Below, piece by piece: positions 13,691 through 26,445 of a DNA stretch of 64,000 nucleotides. How positions within the stretch are numbered: position 1 is the stretch's first letter; every line of letters starts with the position of its first letter. The notes under the pieces are model-generated. The model searched no databases. It was not told the DNA's origin and worked only from the letters and a program-made list of their open reading frames with translations. A program made the translations under genes and the position numbers. Source of the DNA: Vicugna vicugna (Eukaryota); the NCBI GenBank assembly GCA_013265495.1, contig MU058844.1, positions 2,893,520-2,957,519 on the forward strand, read 5' to 3'.

Positions 13691-14834
13691 AAACAGAATT
13701 AAAACAAACTAGAAAAGTAAGCACTCGTATATATGAAGAAAAAGGCTCACCAGGATGTAAATATATCTGATTTATTGGGCCACGTGTGTATTTTTTTTCT
13801 TTGTTATATCTTTTTGAGGTTTTTCCATTTTTTTACTAAGCATCTATATAATTAGAAAAAGTTTAAAGTGTTCAACCTAAGAATAGATTATTAGATAAAT
13901 TGATCCTGAAAATGAGAAGAACTAATTCACATTGCAAAGGCACTCCCACCTTGCTAGACAGACCAAAAATGATATTTCCTAATAATGAGTTCAAAAGCAC
14001 TTTAGAAAGTACTATTCAGATCTTGCTTACTCCATTATCATATTGTCTTTAATCTATTTCAAAGGTGTCTTTTGCAAAGCAGCTAACCTGTATGCTTCAC
14101 AATTTAAAAAAGAGGAGGGAGTTCTAACTCAAACGATATCAGAACATTTCATATCCTCTAGGTATTCCCACAGCTGAAGCTTAAAAGTTCTTTGCGTGGG
14201 GAAGATCATAACTAACACAAGTGCCCACTGAAAAGGTAATGTGTAAATCGTACCACAGTTGTTTAACAAGGAAACTAAATGGAAAGTAATGTGATTTAAG
14301 AGGGGTAAATGGAGAACAGCAAACAGGAAGGGGAAATCAGAGAAGATGAGCAAAAAAAAAAAGGGTCTAGAAACTTTAAAACAAATAAAGGAATTCAGTA
14401 GGAGCTTATTGGTATAAGTTCTATCAAAGATACTTGATTTTGAAGAGTTTCAACAAGGCTTGGTTTAAGGAGGTCAAAGCCCTTTGGTTTGTTTTGTGAA
14501 TTTACTTAAAACTTGAAAAGGAAATGATAAAATTAGCCAAGAAGTCAAACCTACCAACCTGTAGCAGAGATTTGGAAATCCATATAAGTTACTAAGGATA
14601 TAGATTAGGTTTGGTGAGAAAATATAAACAAACAAGGTTGGTGGAGAAAAGAATATTGTATCAAAAGGCAGATAGACCTTTCAGGGACTAAACTGGCTCC
14701 ATATGCCATGCTGTTTTTGCTCAACTAGAAATCCCAGGAAGGCTGATCACTGAATCCTATGTTCCCAAGTAATCTTTATTTTTCCTGGTGATCTGAATGC
14801 AAATAAAAATAATTAAATATAGAAGGCACACTCT

Positions 14835-15228
14835 ACTGATATAACAGCTACTGTAGTTAAACAACCCAGAGAATGTTACTGACTTAACACCACAGAAATT
14901 ATTTCCTTGTTCATGAATAGGTCCGATTCAGGTGTAAGAGAAATGGCCTTCCAGCCAGTGATTTGGGGCCCCAGGTTCCTATCATTTCATAGCCAAACCA
15001 TCATCTGGGGCCTGAAAATCTTTTACTCCAGTCAATAGATGGTGAAGGAGTAGGTGGAGAAGAAAAAGGCATCACTTGTGTTCACATTCTATTAGCAACA
15101 ACTGAACATGAGTCTTTACCTAGGTGCAGCTCCCCCCAGGCAGGCAGGCACATCCTATCAACAATACCTTATTAAAGAAGGAAGCTCAAATCTTTGAAGG
15201 ACAATGAAGCAAGCCATCTGGACCACAA
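14835..15228 (-). mobile_element. Old MLT1 (K/L-like) MaLR LTR
   Basis: gacttaacaccacagaaattatttccttgttcatg...ccaggttcctatcat...catcacttgtgttcacattctattagc. Confidence 0.6.
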
Positions 15229-18200
15229 ATGCTATTTCAGATATCAGTGGTAATCTTATCAGAGGTTCACTTCTCAGTGGCCTAGCCTAAATGTAATTCC
15301 AGTTGTCCCTGTCTGCACTGGCTTATGATTGTTCCGTAGGTAGAACATGTATGCAGGCTTTTAGTTCCCAATGGGACTATCAGAGTAGGGACAAACTTTC
15401 CTCAAATTTTCATAAAATTTCTTCCTACCCAGAGTTCTGAAAGAGCAATGAGTATGCTCAACTATTGTTGACCCTGGATAAATGCTCTTAATTTCCATCT
15501 GCACCCAAGCCTGAGCGACATGGAACATCTTCTGTTTCCTCTTGTTTTTACCCATAGACTCTGAAGTGAGTGGATAGGGTACTTTCATTTTATAAAACAA
15601 ACAAACAAATAAATAAATATCTCCTAAGTAATAAACCAGCCTAGTTTTGAGGTAGGCAAATATCAACTTTAATTGAGATTCTTCCCATTGTCATTCATGT
15701 CTTATTCTTTTCACGTCATCTTTTTTTTTTTCTGACTCAACACTTGCTTCTTTTAACATTTTGCTCCACTTTCAAATGTCTGTGGATATGGTACATTTTT
15801 TATCTCTTTCACGGAAGACTTGTGTCACCTGGGAAAGTTATTACATTTAACTAGTATTTTGCAGTAAATAATAGATAGTTAACAGATAAGCCATTTACTT
15901 AGTTCCCAAAGTTCTGCAGTGGCAACTATATATTGCTTTGTGAAATTATTATCCTATTAATGGTGACTCACATTCCCTGTATTTTAATAAAGATAACACC
16001 TGTATTTAAGATTCTCCTTAACTATAATAATCTCGCCAGTCATTTCATACTTGGTAAAATAGGCCTTTTAGCTGTTCCTTCCCTTCACAAGTCCTGCCTG
16101 TAAGTCAGATGTTACCTGTCACAAATTCCCAATGAACATGGAACATGTCCCCTGGGGATTGCTGCTGGGCAAGAGAGTAGAAATGGATCCGGGCAGATCC
16201 ATTACTGTGACTGTAAAAGCACATGCCCTCCTGAGGGTGAGTCACATATTAAGACCAGTCTATTTTTGTGTCCTTACTTTTATAGCCCAGATGAATCTGG
16301 TGTAACTCTATTATAATAATGTGAACCCTGTTGTCTAAGTGCATTATCATACACTGTTAAGATAGAAGTCCTTTGGTCGCATGGAAAATATCTAGAAATA
16401 TTGTCTTTGAATGGTAACCAAAAACAATATAAAATAGTTTTCTATTTTTGTAAGACAGCCAACTGTTTTCTATTATGATACACCATTCTGTACTAGTGGC
16501 TGAGAAAATACAATACCTAGATGTTTCTTTGAACTACGTTGCCTTATGTCTTCTTGCCAGAGCTGTAAACATTTCTCAGTCGTCTTTGAGAGACAGTAGG
16601 AGAAAGAATCTGTGATCTGTGCTGGTTCTCTTAAGTGGCACAACCAAAGCTCTGGTAGTGCTCAGTAACAGATCTGTTATGTCTATTAATATAGCCCTGT
16701 CCAAAACCATGTTATGGTCATCATTTACTAAAATATTCTTTAAAAGTCAGCCCTCTCAACAAATATGCAGTAATCATCTCTGATGTGTAAAGCACTGGAT
16801 TAGGTAACTGTGTGACAATAGGATATGGAGAGGACTCCTACAAAGAAAATAAAAGCTCCATTATTTTGGCAACCTAAATTTTAGAGTTACCTGCGAATGT
16901 ATATATAAACCTTGTCCTACCTGTTAAAATAACTGCAGCTGCAAGAAATCTTGATTCTTCAAGTCCAAAGTCCATTTCTCTATCTGGACCACAAATGCTA
17001 TTTGCCTCCTTATCACTGGCCACCAATCCTGGTGTCCTTGATTGATTGATTGCATAGCTGCAGTGTTTGGGGTTGAAATTACTTCTAATTTGAATGATTT
17101 AAGTGAGACGTTACAGTGTTAGGAAACTTTTCTTATTTTATTCTCAAATCATATAAAACTTTGTGTAATCTTGTTCAAGCTGTTCTAGGTATTCCTTCTT
17201 TTCTGTGGTTTTTCCCAATTCAGAATGTATATTCCATGAAGAGTTTTATCTGGCTAACTTGTTTTAGTATAGAAATACCATCATCTTTTCTGACCTATTT
17301 ATACAGACTGCAGTGAGCCTGTAATAAGTCTCTATTCTAATCAGCAGTAGAGTATTACCTGCTCATAATAATACTAATAAACATTTTTCTAAATATAAAA
17401 TCAGTTCTATTATTATACAGTTAGAGCTATCACTTGATAGATTAATTTGCTGGGTAGAACATTTCCAGGGACTGCTGTTTATTACTGATAAATATAGCTT
17501 GCTTATTTAAGCTCTTTACCTTTTTCTAACCCTGCTGGGAGATCTTCTGAAGCAAGAAGCTTTAGAATGACATAGGCAGGTAATGTGCTGAAAGCATTGG
17601 ACAACCTCTTATGGGAGGCACCATGATCAGATAATAAAGCAACCACTGTAACTCAAGGTCAAATGATCCTTAATCTAAGAACAATCTCTAAATGACATAA
17701 GAAGGGATTTAACCTTAATATCCACTGCATTTGAGGCCCTATTTTATCTCCCTGTAGAGTAAAGTCAATAATATGAGAATCATAAACCTAGCAGGATTGC
17801 AAATCCTCTTATGCTACCTGCTAGAAATTTCACTAATGCAAAGAAACTAGAAAATAGTTCATAAGATAATTGTTCAATATAAACATTGGTCAGAAAACAT
17901 TATTTGATGGGAATTTTTTTCTCTGTTGCTTCCTGAATTCATTATTTGACATTCTAGGAAACCATTCTGATGGAAAAAGTCAAAGATATGCAAAAATAAA
18001 ATTAAGCTTATTAATCATTTTGTAATTAGAAAACTTGAACATTTTTATTCAAAGAGAAGCTTCCTAACTCTGCCCTATACCTTGATTAGTCAATCTAAAA
18101 CAGAAATTCAACAATTCATATTTCTGTATGAGTTTTATGCATCAGAATACTTTATATTCATATTTATTCCTACAACTAAGGTGGCAAAGCAGTCATTTGG

Positions 18201-18254
18201 AAAATTTAAGAAAGAAATGGAATTTTAATTTCAATTTGTTAGAGAAAACATTTG

Positions 18255-18420
18255 TAGAGTGCTTTTCAAATTTTGATATGCCCACAAATCACCTGGAGAT
18301 TTTGTTAAAATGCAGGTTCTGATTCAGCAGATTTAGGTTGGGGCCTGAGATTCTGCGTGTCTAATAAGCAGCTAGGAGATGCCATTTCTGCTGGTCCAAG
18401 GCTCATGCTTTGAGAGGTAA
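18255..18420. mobile_element. MER5-family hAT MITE
   Basis: aaatcacctggagattttgttaaaatgcaggttctgattcagcagatttaggttggggcctgagattctgc. Confidence 0.8.
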
Positions 18421-18574
18421 GATCAGAGAATTCTCTGTTATTCCTGCACAGTATTGAAAGAGAGGGTGAAGATAGGGGAGGTGTGAAAATGGATTTTCTG
18501 GGTTTTCTCATTCTTTACTTTTATTTCTATACATCTAGTATATGTCTAACATTTTTTTAAAAAAGCAACCAGGG

Positions 18575-18789
18575 GATAAATTCAGAGTTTGGGATTAGCA
18601 GATACAAGCTACTATATATAAAATAGATAAACAACAAGGTCCTACTCTATAGCACAGGGAACTATATTCAATATCTTATAATAACTATGATGAAAAAGAA
18701 TATAGATATACATGAATAACTGAATCACTTTGCTGTACACCAGAAACTTACACAACATTGTAAATCAGCTATACTTCAATTAAAAAAAT
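18575..18789 (+). mobile_element. 5'-truncated cetartiodactyl L1 3' end with TSD
   Basis: gagtttgggattagcagatac...aaacaacaaggtcctactctatagcacagggaactatattcaatatc followed by an A-rich tail. TSD agcaaccaggg at 18564-18574 and 18790-18800. Confidence 0.9.
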
Positions 18790-19989
18790 AGCAACCAGGG
18801 AGTACTTGGGTTATCCTTTTGAAAATGAAAAATTCAATGCAAATGCAAAATGAGCACTACTTTGACTTATACTGAACTTTACATCAACATCTAATGCACC
18901 TCTTATTAATTCATGGACTACTAATTTAATATTCCCACTGTGGTCAGTCAACAAGTAAACTGTGCTCAGACTGTTGAGGAAATACAAATTTAAACATAAC
19001 CAATCAAAATATTCAGTTAGGTTTCATTGAGTAATTTATAAACAATAGCATTAAAAGCTTCTTTTTAATTGGAAATTCACTGAAAGTAACATTTTTCTTT
19101 GTTGAGCTTAGAAATTAATATATTTACTTAAAATGCTGACTCAACCCTTGGACAGATTCCTTCACTGAGGAGTTCAAACTATGTTAAATCTTTTAATAAA
19201 ACTCTGGGGGAAATTCCATTGCCGTACAATGAAATTCCATTACGTATGACTTATTTTTGGCTTTCCAGTTGATAATAAAACAAATCAAATAGCATTTCCC
19301 TTCATTTTTTCCCTGAGGTTTGTTACTGTACTACTGTTTATGTATTCTTCAAGGAGAGTGTTTCAATTTAAAAATATTTTTAATTTTGTTCTTCAAGGAG
19401 TAGTAAAATATGTAAATCTTGTTATTGTAATGATGTCATAGTGTGTTAAAAATTATGTTTTAGCAATTATATCCCACTTAATGGTTTCCATAAATATTCT
19501 GCCATTTATAGTGCTAAAATGCCAAGAAATAACTTTATGGCTGAAAAGATCCATTTTCTCAAAGTCCTGCACATAGTTAGCATCTAATAAATATTTATGT
19601 ATGAGCTATAGCCTGATCTTTTGATGGTTGATGCTGTGGGTCTGGACTATCAATTTTAAAGGAAGAAGCAATATATATTTAAAAAATGGGGTACTTCATT
19701 CATACCAAGTACGTATCAGAGAAGGCCCTTAATAAATGTTTGATGATCATTGTAGTGATTGCAAATTAACATTTGTAGGAAGTTTTACAGTTAACAAAAC
19801 AATTTCTCTCACAGAACCCAGTTAAATAGGTGAGAAACACACAGAGATACATGGCTCAGATCCTTCTTCAAGGAGTGAATCTTTTGCCCTCACTGCTAAG
19901 AGTGCTGTCAGCAGCCCCTGCAGGAATCACATCAGTGACACTCTTTGAAAAATGGCCCACAATCTAACGACACATGGAGGCAGGGGTAT

Positions 19990-20349
19990 TTCTATAGATT
20001 AAATGTCTGTATCCCCTAAAATTCATATGATGAGACCTAACCCCCAATGTGGTCAGATTTGATAGGGGGACCTTTAGGAAGTACTTAGGTCGTGAAGTGG
20101 AAGCCCTCATTAATGAGATTAGTACCCTCGTAAAAGAGACCCCATAGAACTCCCTAGCCCCTTCTGCCACATGAGAACACAGCAAGAAGACAGCTGTCTT
20201 TGAACCAGGGAATGAGCCCTTACCACACACGGAATCAACTGGCACTAAATCTTGGACTTCCCAGCCTCCCAAACTGTAAGAAATATATCTTTGTTTATTA
20301 AAGCCACCAAGTCTATGGCATTTTTGTTATAGCAGCCCAAACTAAGACA
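19990..20349 (+). mobile_element. MLT1A-like MaLR solo LTR
   Basis: aatgtctgtatcccctaaaattcatatg...cttggacttcccagcctcc...ttgttatagcagcccaaactaagaca, about 360 bp. Confidence 0.9.
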
Positions 20350-22704
20350 CATATAAAAGTCCAGGCACTCCAGATCAATGCAGAACAACCTCAAGCTTGA
20401 TCTTGCCCTCTATGTAATTCTGGTTTATACCCCTTGTTTTCATAGGAGTTGATCCCAAGAGTCAACCCAAGATAAGGAAACAAAGGCTCAAAGATGGGAG
20501 TGACTCACCCAAACTTAGGCAGCTTGGCTGAGTCGTGAGCTGAGTCCTCCCCATTGCAAATCCTAGTTCCTCTACCATAGGACTTTCCTCTCTGTGGCCG
20601 GTCAGATCCCTGAAATGGATTTCATCTACATTTCAAGAGAAGCATTCGACTAAAGCACTTTAAGATCCCTTTAATTATTTTCCAAATGTTTGGTGCGAGG
20701 TATTCCTCTTCTCCACCTTCACTGCAAGAAGTACAGCGGAAACTGGCACACACCTAACACGGATAGTCCTCAGGCAGTCTGTTCTACAACCCTTCCATCA
20801 AGTTCAGAATGCCCTTGGCCCCAGGACTCTTGTCTGCAAGGAGAGGGCAGATATTGAGATGGGACAAGGCCAAAGGCAGGCATAAACCAAGGTAAAGCCA
20901 GGATTCACAAAAAAAGGGCAGAGGTGGAGTAAGAGCAAGGGAACTGTCTGGGACTGGAGTAAAGGAAAGGGCAGGGCAAAGGCAGGAGAAATGACAAGAG
21001 ACAGAGGCCCTTATTCTGGGTTCCCACAGCTGCTCTATCTGTGAGCCCTCAGACCTAGCAGATACTGGTCATACTTCAAAGAAGATCTGCCTCTATTACT
21101 GATGAGCCAGTTTTTACTTCTCCAGTTATCCTGCTTTGGTCCTTGGGGATGAGAGAGTCCTTAGCATCTCCACATGGAGCACATTATATGACTCTGAATA
21201 GCTGTGAGTATGTTACAGTGTTTCAAGTCAAACCAAACACCAGCCACAACTCAGACATGCTGTGGGTCTCCATTACAAGCAGAATTATGAAAGAAGGAAT
21301 TGTGCAAACCCAATCTATGGGTTCACTTGTTTCAAGTATTTGATAGTACATATTCCCAAAAGGACAAGGGGAAAAATGAGAATTCTTTTGCATTTGTTGT
21401 AATAAGATATGATCAGTTTTTCTAAAGAAAAGAATGTGTTCATTAAGGTATTTGTCAGTCTGATCTAGAGGTTTTTAAGTTGAAAAAAATGGATTAAGAA
21501 AAAAAAAAAAAAGGAGGGGGAAGTCCAGGGTAAAACTCTTAAGTATAAAGGCAGTGTTGAATGTACCTAGTAATTTACAGGAGAAAATAATTCAGGAGTC
21601 AGTTGGACACAGCACTTAGGTTCCTAGTTAATACCAATCTACCAAACGTATAATGTGACGTTCATTCAAGAAAACCAACACACCCCCAAAGACGTTATTG
21701 CATCTTGAGAAAATAAGATTCACAAGTGGCAAGTCTTATGGAAAGCACCTCATTGTGCAAAGGGAGTATCACTCTGTCAGGAAGATATATATACCTTTGT
21801 GAAAATCCCCAAAATCAGGGATAGCAGGATGATAAATAACATCTGGGTAGAGATAAAAAGGAAAGCATATCAAAATGATATTACTGTTGGAGGAGATTGG
21901 GTAGGGGTGATAGTTGGTAAAACTGTCACTCCAGGCAGAAGGAAAGAATAGACAACCATTTCCTGACATTGATCACAAATCTGGCACAGATACAGAGGCG
22001 AGATACAGAAGTGATGCGGGATTGTGCTTATCTAGACATCTCCAGGAAGTCGGTCAGCTAAAAGTATAGCAGTGGATACATCTCACTGACAGCTTCATCT
22101 TTAAGAAGGCAGAAAAAATAATGAAGGGAATTTCTGCTTAGGACCTAATTCTGACAAGTAGAGAAAGTACTGGTTGGCAAAGTGAAAATGTTAGAATCTT
22201 TGAGGAAGAGGAGAAACTGAGGACAGCATCCTATGGTCCGTGATAGCAAAAGCTCTGAACCTTGAGCAAAGCTAGACTTTTAGCCTAAATGAAAAGAAGA
22301 CAGATTTCCAAATGTTCAGGAAAAAAGATAGGCATGATCTCATGGCCAGAGAATGGGCACACGAAGGAGGACTCCTTGCTTCTAAACAGCTGTAATAATC
22401 TAATCATGAAGGTAAGGGAGAGGTAGCTAAGGAAACAGCTAAACGAGCTCTCAGATAAACAGAGACATTTTAAATAGATCATTTACAAAGAATGGAAGGA
22501 CCAAGGTGTAAGTACAAGCAAATGAAAATTAATACCAAGAGAATAAATACCAGAGCTTGTGAAAATTGCCAGAGAAGGTGAAAATAGGTTTTCTATAAGT
22601 ATGAAAGGAGCAACAGGCAGATCTGGGGACAGTACTGTAAAGCGTGCAGAAGAGAGTCAGAAAGCAAAACCTTTCAAGTCCTTTTTCTGTTATAGAAGAC
22701 CTCT

Positions 22705-23112
22705 GGTTCTTTGTACCACATCTCATGAGGTTACAATGTGCCTGTTGGGCACAGTGCCCAGCCTGCCGTGACCATGGCCATGAACACATGCTCAAACAAG
22801 GCCAGTTAGGTACTCCCTATGAGATTTGACACATGGATACAGAGAAGGTGTTTCTCTTCCTTTTGGATTTCAACCAAACCCAAGAGCTATCTTCCCTACT
22901 ATGCCGAGAGCCTAACCACAAAAGAATCAGAGCTCAAATATGGCAAGAAATCTAGGCTTCTGATGACATCCTCTGAATCCCTGAATCCAGCCATGATTAA
23001 AGCAGACCTTACCCCTGAATCCCCCAGGTATGTGAGCTAAGGTATTCCTTTTTATCATGAGAGTTTAAATTGGACTTCTTGTATTGTAATCAAGAGAAGC
23101 CTGTCTAATACA
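22705..23112 (+). mobile_element. MLT1J/I-like MaLR LTR inserted in L3
   Basis: ctgatgacatcctctgaatccctgaatccagccatg...gtgagctaa...aagagaagcctgtctaataca. The 5' boundary is approximate. Confidence 0.7.
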
Positions 23113-23715
23113 TTGGTTGAGAAGGTTAACTGTCAGATTAAAAAGGAGAAAGCAAATTTTAGGAAGAGGAAATTAAAGTCCAAGTAAGAGAAAGAGGTTG
23201 AAAATGCACCTTTCAAAGGACTTTGGTTCCATTCCATAAAACCTAAAAGAAGGCTCAGATGACATCAGTGTACTGTAAATAGTCATCTTTGAAGAACTAT
23301 GGGAATAGAAGTCTTGCTGGCAGGTGGGAAAAGGGCAAATAAATGTTTCCATTTTCAAAAAGGCGGAAGAAGTTAAATTCTTTAAACTACATGACAAAGA
23401 GATTAGATAGATCCTTAGCAAAATGTTTGAGTATGAAAGGTGGGTAAATACTTAGGAAGCAAAGAGGTAATCATTTGGGACCCATACAGGCTCATGAAGT
23501 TCAGTTCCTGCGGGGATTATATCATTTCCTTTTTGAACTCCATATCCCAGAGATGTTGAAGGGATTATTCATTATGCCAGGTACTGTGCGAGGCACTCCT
23601 CTGACATAGTGGTGTATTATGTATGTATTATGTGTGATGGTTGTAGTCATAATGGGTGTGCCTTCTTAAGTATAATAAAATCTACTGTGTATTGATGATG
23701 TAATATGTTCCAGAA

Positions 23716-24027
23716 TACACATACATATACATGCATGCATTCACTGCACACTACATATACATGTATACACACGCGTACACACATAACATGCACAGGCATG
23801 CATACATGTCCATATAAACACGCACACACATGCATACACATAAATACATGCATGTGCCTGTATGCACAATATGCAGACATACACATGTGCACATAAACAT
23901 GTCATACACCTGCATACAGCACATGCACATTTATACACAAAACACATTTACACATATAAATACATACACACAACATACACATGCATATACACATACATAC
24001 TTGTATATACACAGATTCACATACACC
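23716..24027. repeat. Degenerate (CA/TA)n purine-pyrimidine low-complexity tract, ~310 bp
   Basis: Continuous cacacatacatatacatgcatg-type alternation. It explains the overlapping H/T/Y/C/V-rich ORFs. Confidence 0.9.
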
Positions 24028-24049
24028 AGAATAAAACTCTAATGTGGGC

Positions 24050-24170
24050 AATAAAGATCCCTATGATACAGAGAAAACTGAAGTGAGGCAGTTTGTCCAA
24101 GGTCACCACTAGTAACAGCAAAACATGGATATGAACCTAAAATTTTCTGATTTTTAAACTAATATTCTCT
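24050..24170 (-). mobile_element. MIR fragment
   Basis: cagagaaaactgaagtgagg...ttgtccaaggtcaccactagtaa. Confidence 0.6.
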
Positions 24171-25978
24171 GTTAAAAATGGTCTCTACATACACCATTAC
24201 ACATACACACACGCACACAAAAGCTAACTTAAAGAGTGATGGCAAGATGAGGGAAGATCTGTAGCATCTTTGACCTCTTCAAGTTTCAAAAATTTGAACA
24301 ATACAGAGAGCATTACAATCAAATCTGAAATAATTCAGAAATATATATATGAAAAATATGTCACTGACAGAATTGGAACCTCTGCTGAAAATAAAAAGAA
24401 GAAACATATTAGAGACAAAATGAATTCTCAGACATTGGCTGCATGACAACATAGGCACCTTAAGGGGAATTTTACTTGACTGTGAGCTCAAGGAATTAAA
24501 AGCCAGTTGCTGCTTAGAGAATGAACTAATCCCTGGACTACATTAACATCAGTTACTGTCCAGGAGGAGGGAGGAAGTTATCGTTTTTAACCCCATGCAG
24601 ACTAAATCAACACACTGACACAGGCCCAGAGGAGACTGACCATGGTTATGAAGAATCCAGTTGTGTCAAAGGTAGATTAGAGAAAGATGACCACTGTGTT
24701 AGATGAGAGAAGACTTAGACCAAGGGTGTGTGAGAATTCATTACCTATTCTTTCTGTCACCCAGGTTGCTTAAAAGGCAAATGGGAGTTAATGTGAAGAA
24801 GTTTCTGTGAGTCAGATTTCAACACAAAATAAATGTAAGAGTTCCTGTGAAGGCAGAGATTAAATGCAGTGCCATGGAAAGCAGTGATCAAACATGTTAG
24901 TAAGATGGTGCTTTCCTGACATAAGGGAAGTCAGAGTACCATGGAAGATATCTTTTTGCTCCTGGAGAGAATGACTTGAGTGGTCTTCCATGTGTAAATG
25001 TAGGTAGGGTGGGAATCCATTGCCCAGTTGCCCTAACAGTCCCCCCAACAAAACCCACTGAACAATCCCTGTGGAAGGGAACTGATCTACTAGTACAAGA
25101 AGCCCAAGTGCCTCTGGGAAAGAAGGAACTCAGATCCTGACCTGTGCGGCCTAAGATTTGAATTTAGGAAAACCTGTAAATGAGGACTGAAGTCGCTTTG
25201 ACCCCAGAGGGAGAATTCATCAGAGCAGAAGAGAAGCACTTACTGCATTAAGCTCAGCACACAGGATGTCTGTGGGGAAGAGCTGATTGTGGCACGATGT
25301 GTGGCCGACGCTGAAAGCTGCTTGGGCTGCAGTTTCCCGGAGGTTGTGTTTAAAGATTCATTCATGAACACACACGCAAACACCTTGGTGCCAAGTGTGG
25401 CATACCAATTTGATGTGTACAGGGACGGGAGCCAACAAAAAGATAACTAAGATGAAGTGAACATCAGTTCCCCTGTGTGCGGGAATGTTCAGCAGGACAC
25501 CATGTGGCAGAGAGAAGGCAGCGAAAGCAGAAGGAAACGATCCTCCTCTCTATTCTTCATCATCCGTACCTTCAGAGGCACAAATGACTGTCTTGCCTTC
25601 TCTCACTGTCCAGTCTCCGAGATTCCTGGACCATTGGAATGGGGTGTTGATCAACCAAAAGACACTGTGCTTTAAGGATAGGTGGGTGCTTGTCTGTCCA
25701 GCATTAGAGGAGGCTTCCCTCTATAACCAGTATGAACTTTGATTCTTCTAGTTACTAAGAAATGGAAATTATTAAGTCTAAAGAAACAGAAATCCATTAA
25801 GCACTTTTACACACATGTGTTTTTTATTAATGCAGTGCCCAATCACATTTACTATTACCCATACTGCTTTGAGACCAGGACCTGAAATTGGAAAACTTCA
25901 AGTATTCTAGCAGTCCTGAGTCTCAAGCCTGTACATCTTGTTTTTGGAGGGCAGATGAACAAGAGAGGGTGTCTGCAG

Positions 25979-26445
25979 CTGAATTAGTTTCCCATTGCTG
26001 GTGTAACAAATTACCACAAACTTGGTGGCTTAAAATAAAAATGTATTGTCTTAGAATTCTGGAAGTCAGAAGTCTGAAATGGGTCTGAGGAGGATAAAAT
26101 CAATGTCGGCAGAGCTGCATTCCTTCTGGAGGCTCTAGGAGAGAATTCATTTCCTTGACTTTTCCAGCTTTTATAGGCTGCCCACTTTCCTTGGCTTGTG
26201 GCCACCTTCAAATAATCTCATCACTCCAACTTCTGATTCCAATGTCACATTTTCTCCCCCTCTTCTATCTCCTTCTCTCCCTTGTAAAGGCCCTTCTGAT
26301 TATATTGGTTCCAACAGAGTAATTCAAGGTATTCTCCCCATTTCAAGATATTTAACTTAATCACATCTGAAAAATATTTTCTTCCGTATAACATAGTCAC
26401 AGAGTCCAGGGAGTAGAACATAGACGCCATGAGTGCACCTCCACA
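25979..26445 (-). mobile_element. MLT1D/C-like MaLR solo LTR
   Basis: attagtttcccattgctggtgtaacaaattaccacaaacttggtggcttaaaa...ccttctggaggctctaggagagaattcatttcc...cttaatcacatctg. Confidence 0.9.

Larger units (their letters stand above)
21760..24930 (+). mobile_element. L3/CR1 LINE ORF2 fossil, interrupted by an MLT1 LTR, a simple repeat and a MIR
   Basis: Degenerate translations NIWVEIKR (21838), VMRDCAYLDIS (22011, compare VMGDFNYPDICW), DLILTSRE (22142), VIFEELW (23282) and NVSIFKK (23342). CR1-like 3' region at about 24400-24930. Confidence 0.75.

Noticed and set aside
15216..17003. CRISPR-like or processed-pseudogene reading of the 22-bp repeat
   Set aside because: Only two copies 1.7 kb apart in mammalian DNA, with no poly(A) tail and no recognisable coding remnant between them.
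23647..24086. Five overlapping ORFs rich in H/T/Y/C/V/M
   Set aside because: Artefact of the CA/TA low-complexity tract, which lacks stop codons.
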